Shown here: positions 19,270-20,000 of the stretch, in pieces
Numbering within the stretch: position 1 is the first letter of the stretch
How the letters are laid out: each line of letters begins with the position of its first letter
DNA from: Vicugna vicugna
Lineage: Eukaryota
NCBI GenBank assembly: GCA_013265495.1
Contig: MU058636.1
Coordinates: forward strand, 9,864,968 to 9,884,967
Length of the DNA stretch: 20,000 nucleotides
Reading direction: 5' to 3'
Made by a program: the position numbers and the translations under genes
The notes under the pieces: model-generated
Seen by the model: only the letters and a program-made list of their open reading frames with translations
Database searches by the model: none
What the model was told of the DNA's origin: nothing

Positions 19270-19665
19270 GACCCCGCCATAATGAGGACTAAGCGCTCTT
19301 TGGGAATGGATAGGATTTCTGGGCAGTATCTGGCAGTCCTGGCTAAAAGCAGAGGAAATGGATGGTTGATCTACTCTGAATCTGTGTTTTGCTGGAAAGT
19401 GGCAGAAGACAAGATGGACAAGGGAGGTTAGGGTCTGGGGGAGATGCTTCCATCTTGGGGTCTAGGCTGAATAGGGAGGCTGCAAAGTCAAGGGGAGGGT
19501 GTCTCTACAGAGAGCAAGGGGAGAGGTCCAGGGACCAGATGTCTGTATGAGGCTGAAAAGCTAGCATCCCGGGAGGAAGAGAGGGAGAGATTTAGAAGGA
19601 TTTAAACTTGCTGTCAGAGAGTGAGATGGGTGTCCAGACATCTTGGTAGGCATCCTAGAGTTAAA
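19270..19665 (-). mobile_element. Probable L2 fragment
   Basis: Purine-rich sequence (gaggaaatggatgg...gaatctgtgtttt...tttaaacttgctg...gagatgggtgtccagacatc) resembling antisense L2; weak. Confidence 0.4.
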
Positions 19666-20000
19666 TTAGAAACAAAGATAAAGTCAGCTTAGTAGATTTA
19701 TTTTATACTATTGAATTTCAAGAAGAAAGATAAAAGGTGGAGACTGCAACTCCTTTCTTGTGTTACCTGAGCCACCATTTTCATGGTATTCTTAAAAGCT
19801 CTGATTAAAGATCATTAAAAAAAAATTCTAAATGCCTCCAGGTAACAGATTGCTTTCTCTGAATCACTCGATTTTTTTCTAAAACAGGGAGGAGGAAAAT
19901 AGTTAAAATTAGCCACCTTTTCATAATGCATTTGCTGAAACTAATTAGTAATTATTTTTTAACATAAGCAGTTGGTGTGAGAGTGGTGATAATATATTGA

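Overview
Mammalian non-coding genomic DNA (intron or intergenic). I can recognise no protein-coding gene, RNA gene or prokaryotic system, and the listed ORFs are short and mostly lie in repeats or microsatellites. Much of the window is interspersed repeat: MIR, L2, old L1M fragments, an LTR33-like and an MLT1A-like LTR, a MER5-type MITE, and an apparently end-to-end hAT-Tip100 (Arthur1/MER69-like) transposon with an 8-bp target-site duplication (TSD). Three young L1 3' ends resemble camelid L1s, so a camelid origin is inferred but unverified. Repeat names come from recalled consensus sequences, and boundaries are approximate unless fixed by a TSD. The best leads are: two plus-strand exon-like segments with strong splice signals (one in the hAT element carrying a fossil transposase N-terminus, one next to a UG tract); a ~30-bp L1 micro-insertion that seems to have been turned into a perfect hairpin by template switching; and a repeat-poor 9.8-11.5 kb block with transcription-factor motifs, a local duplication and a possible minus-strand TATA/first exon. 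I see no convincing new biological system.
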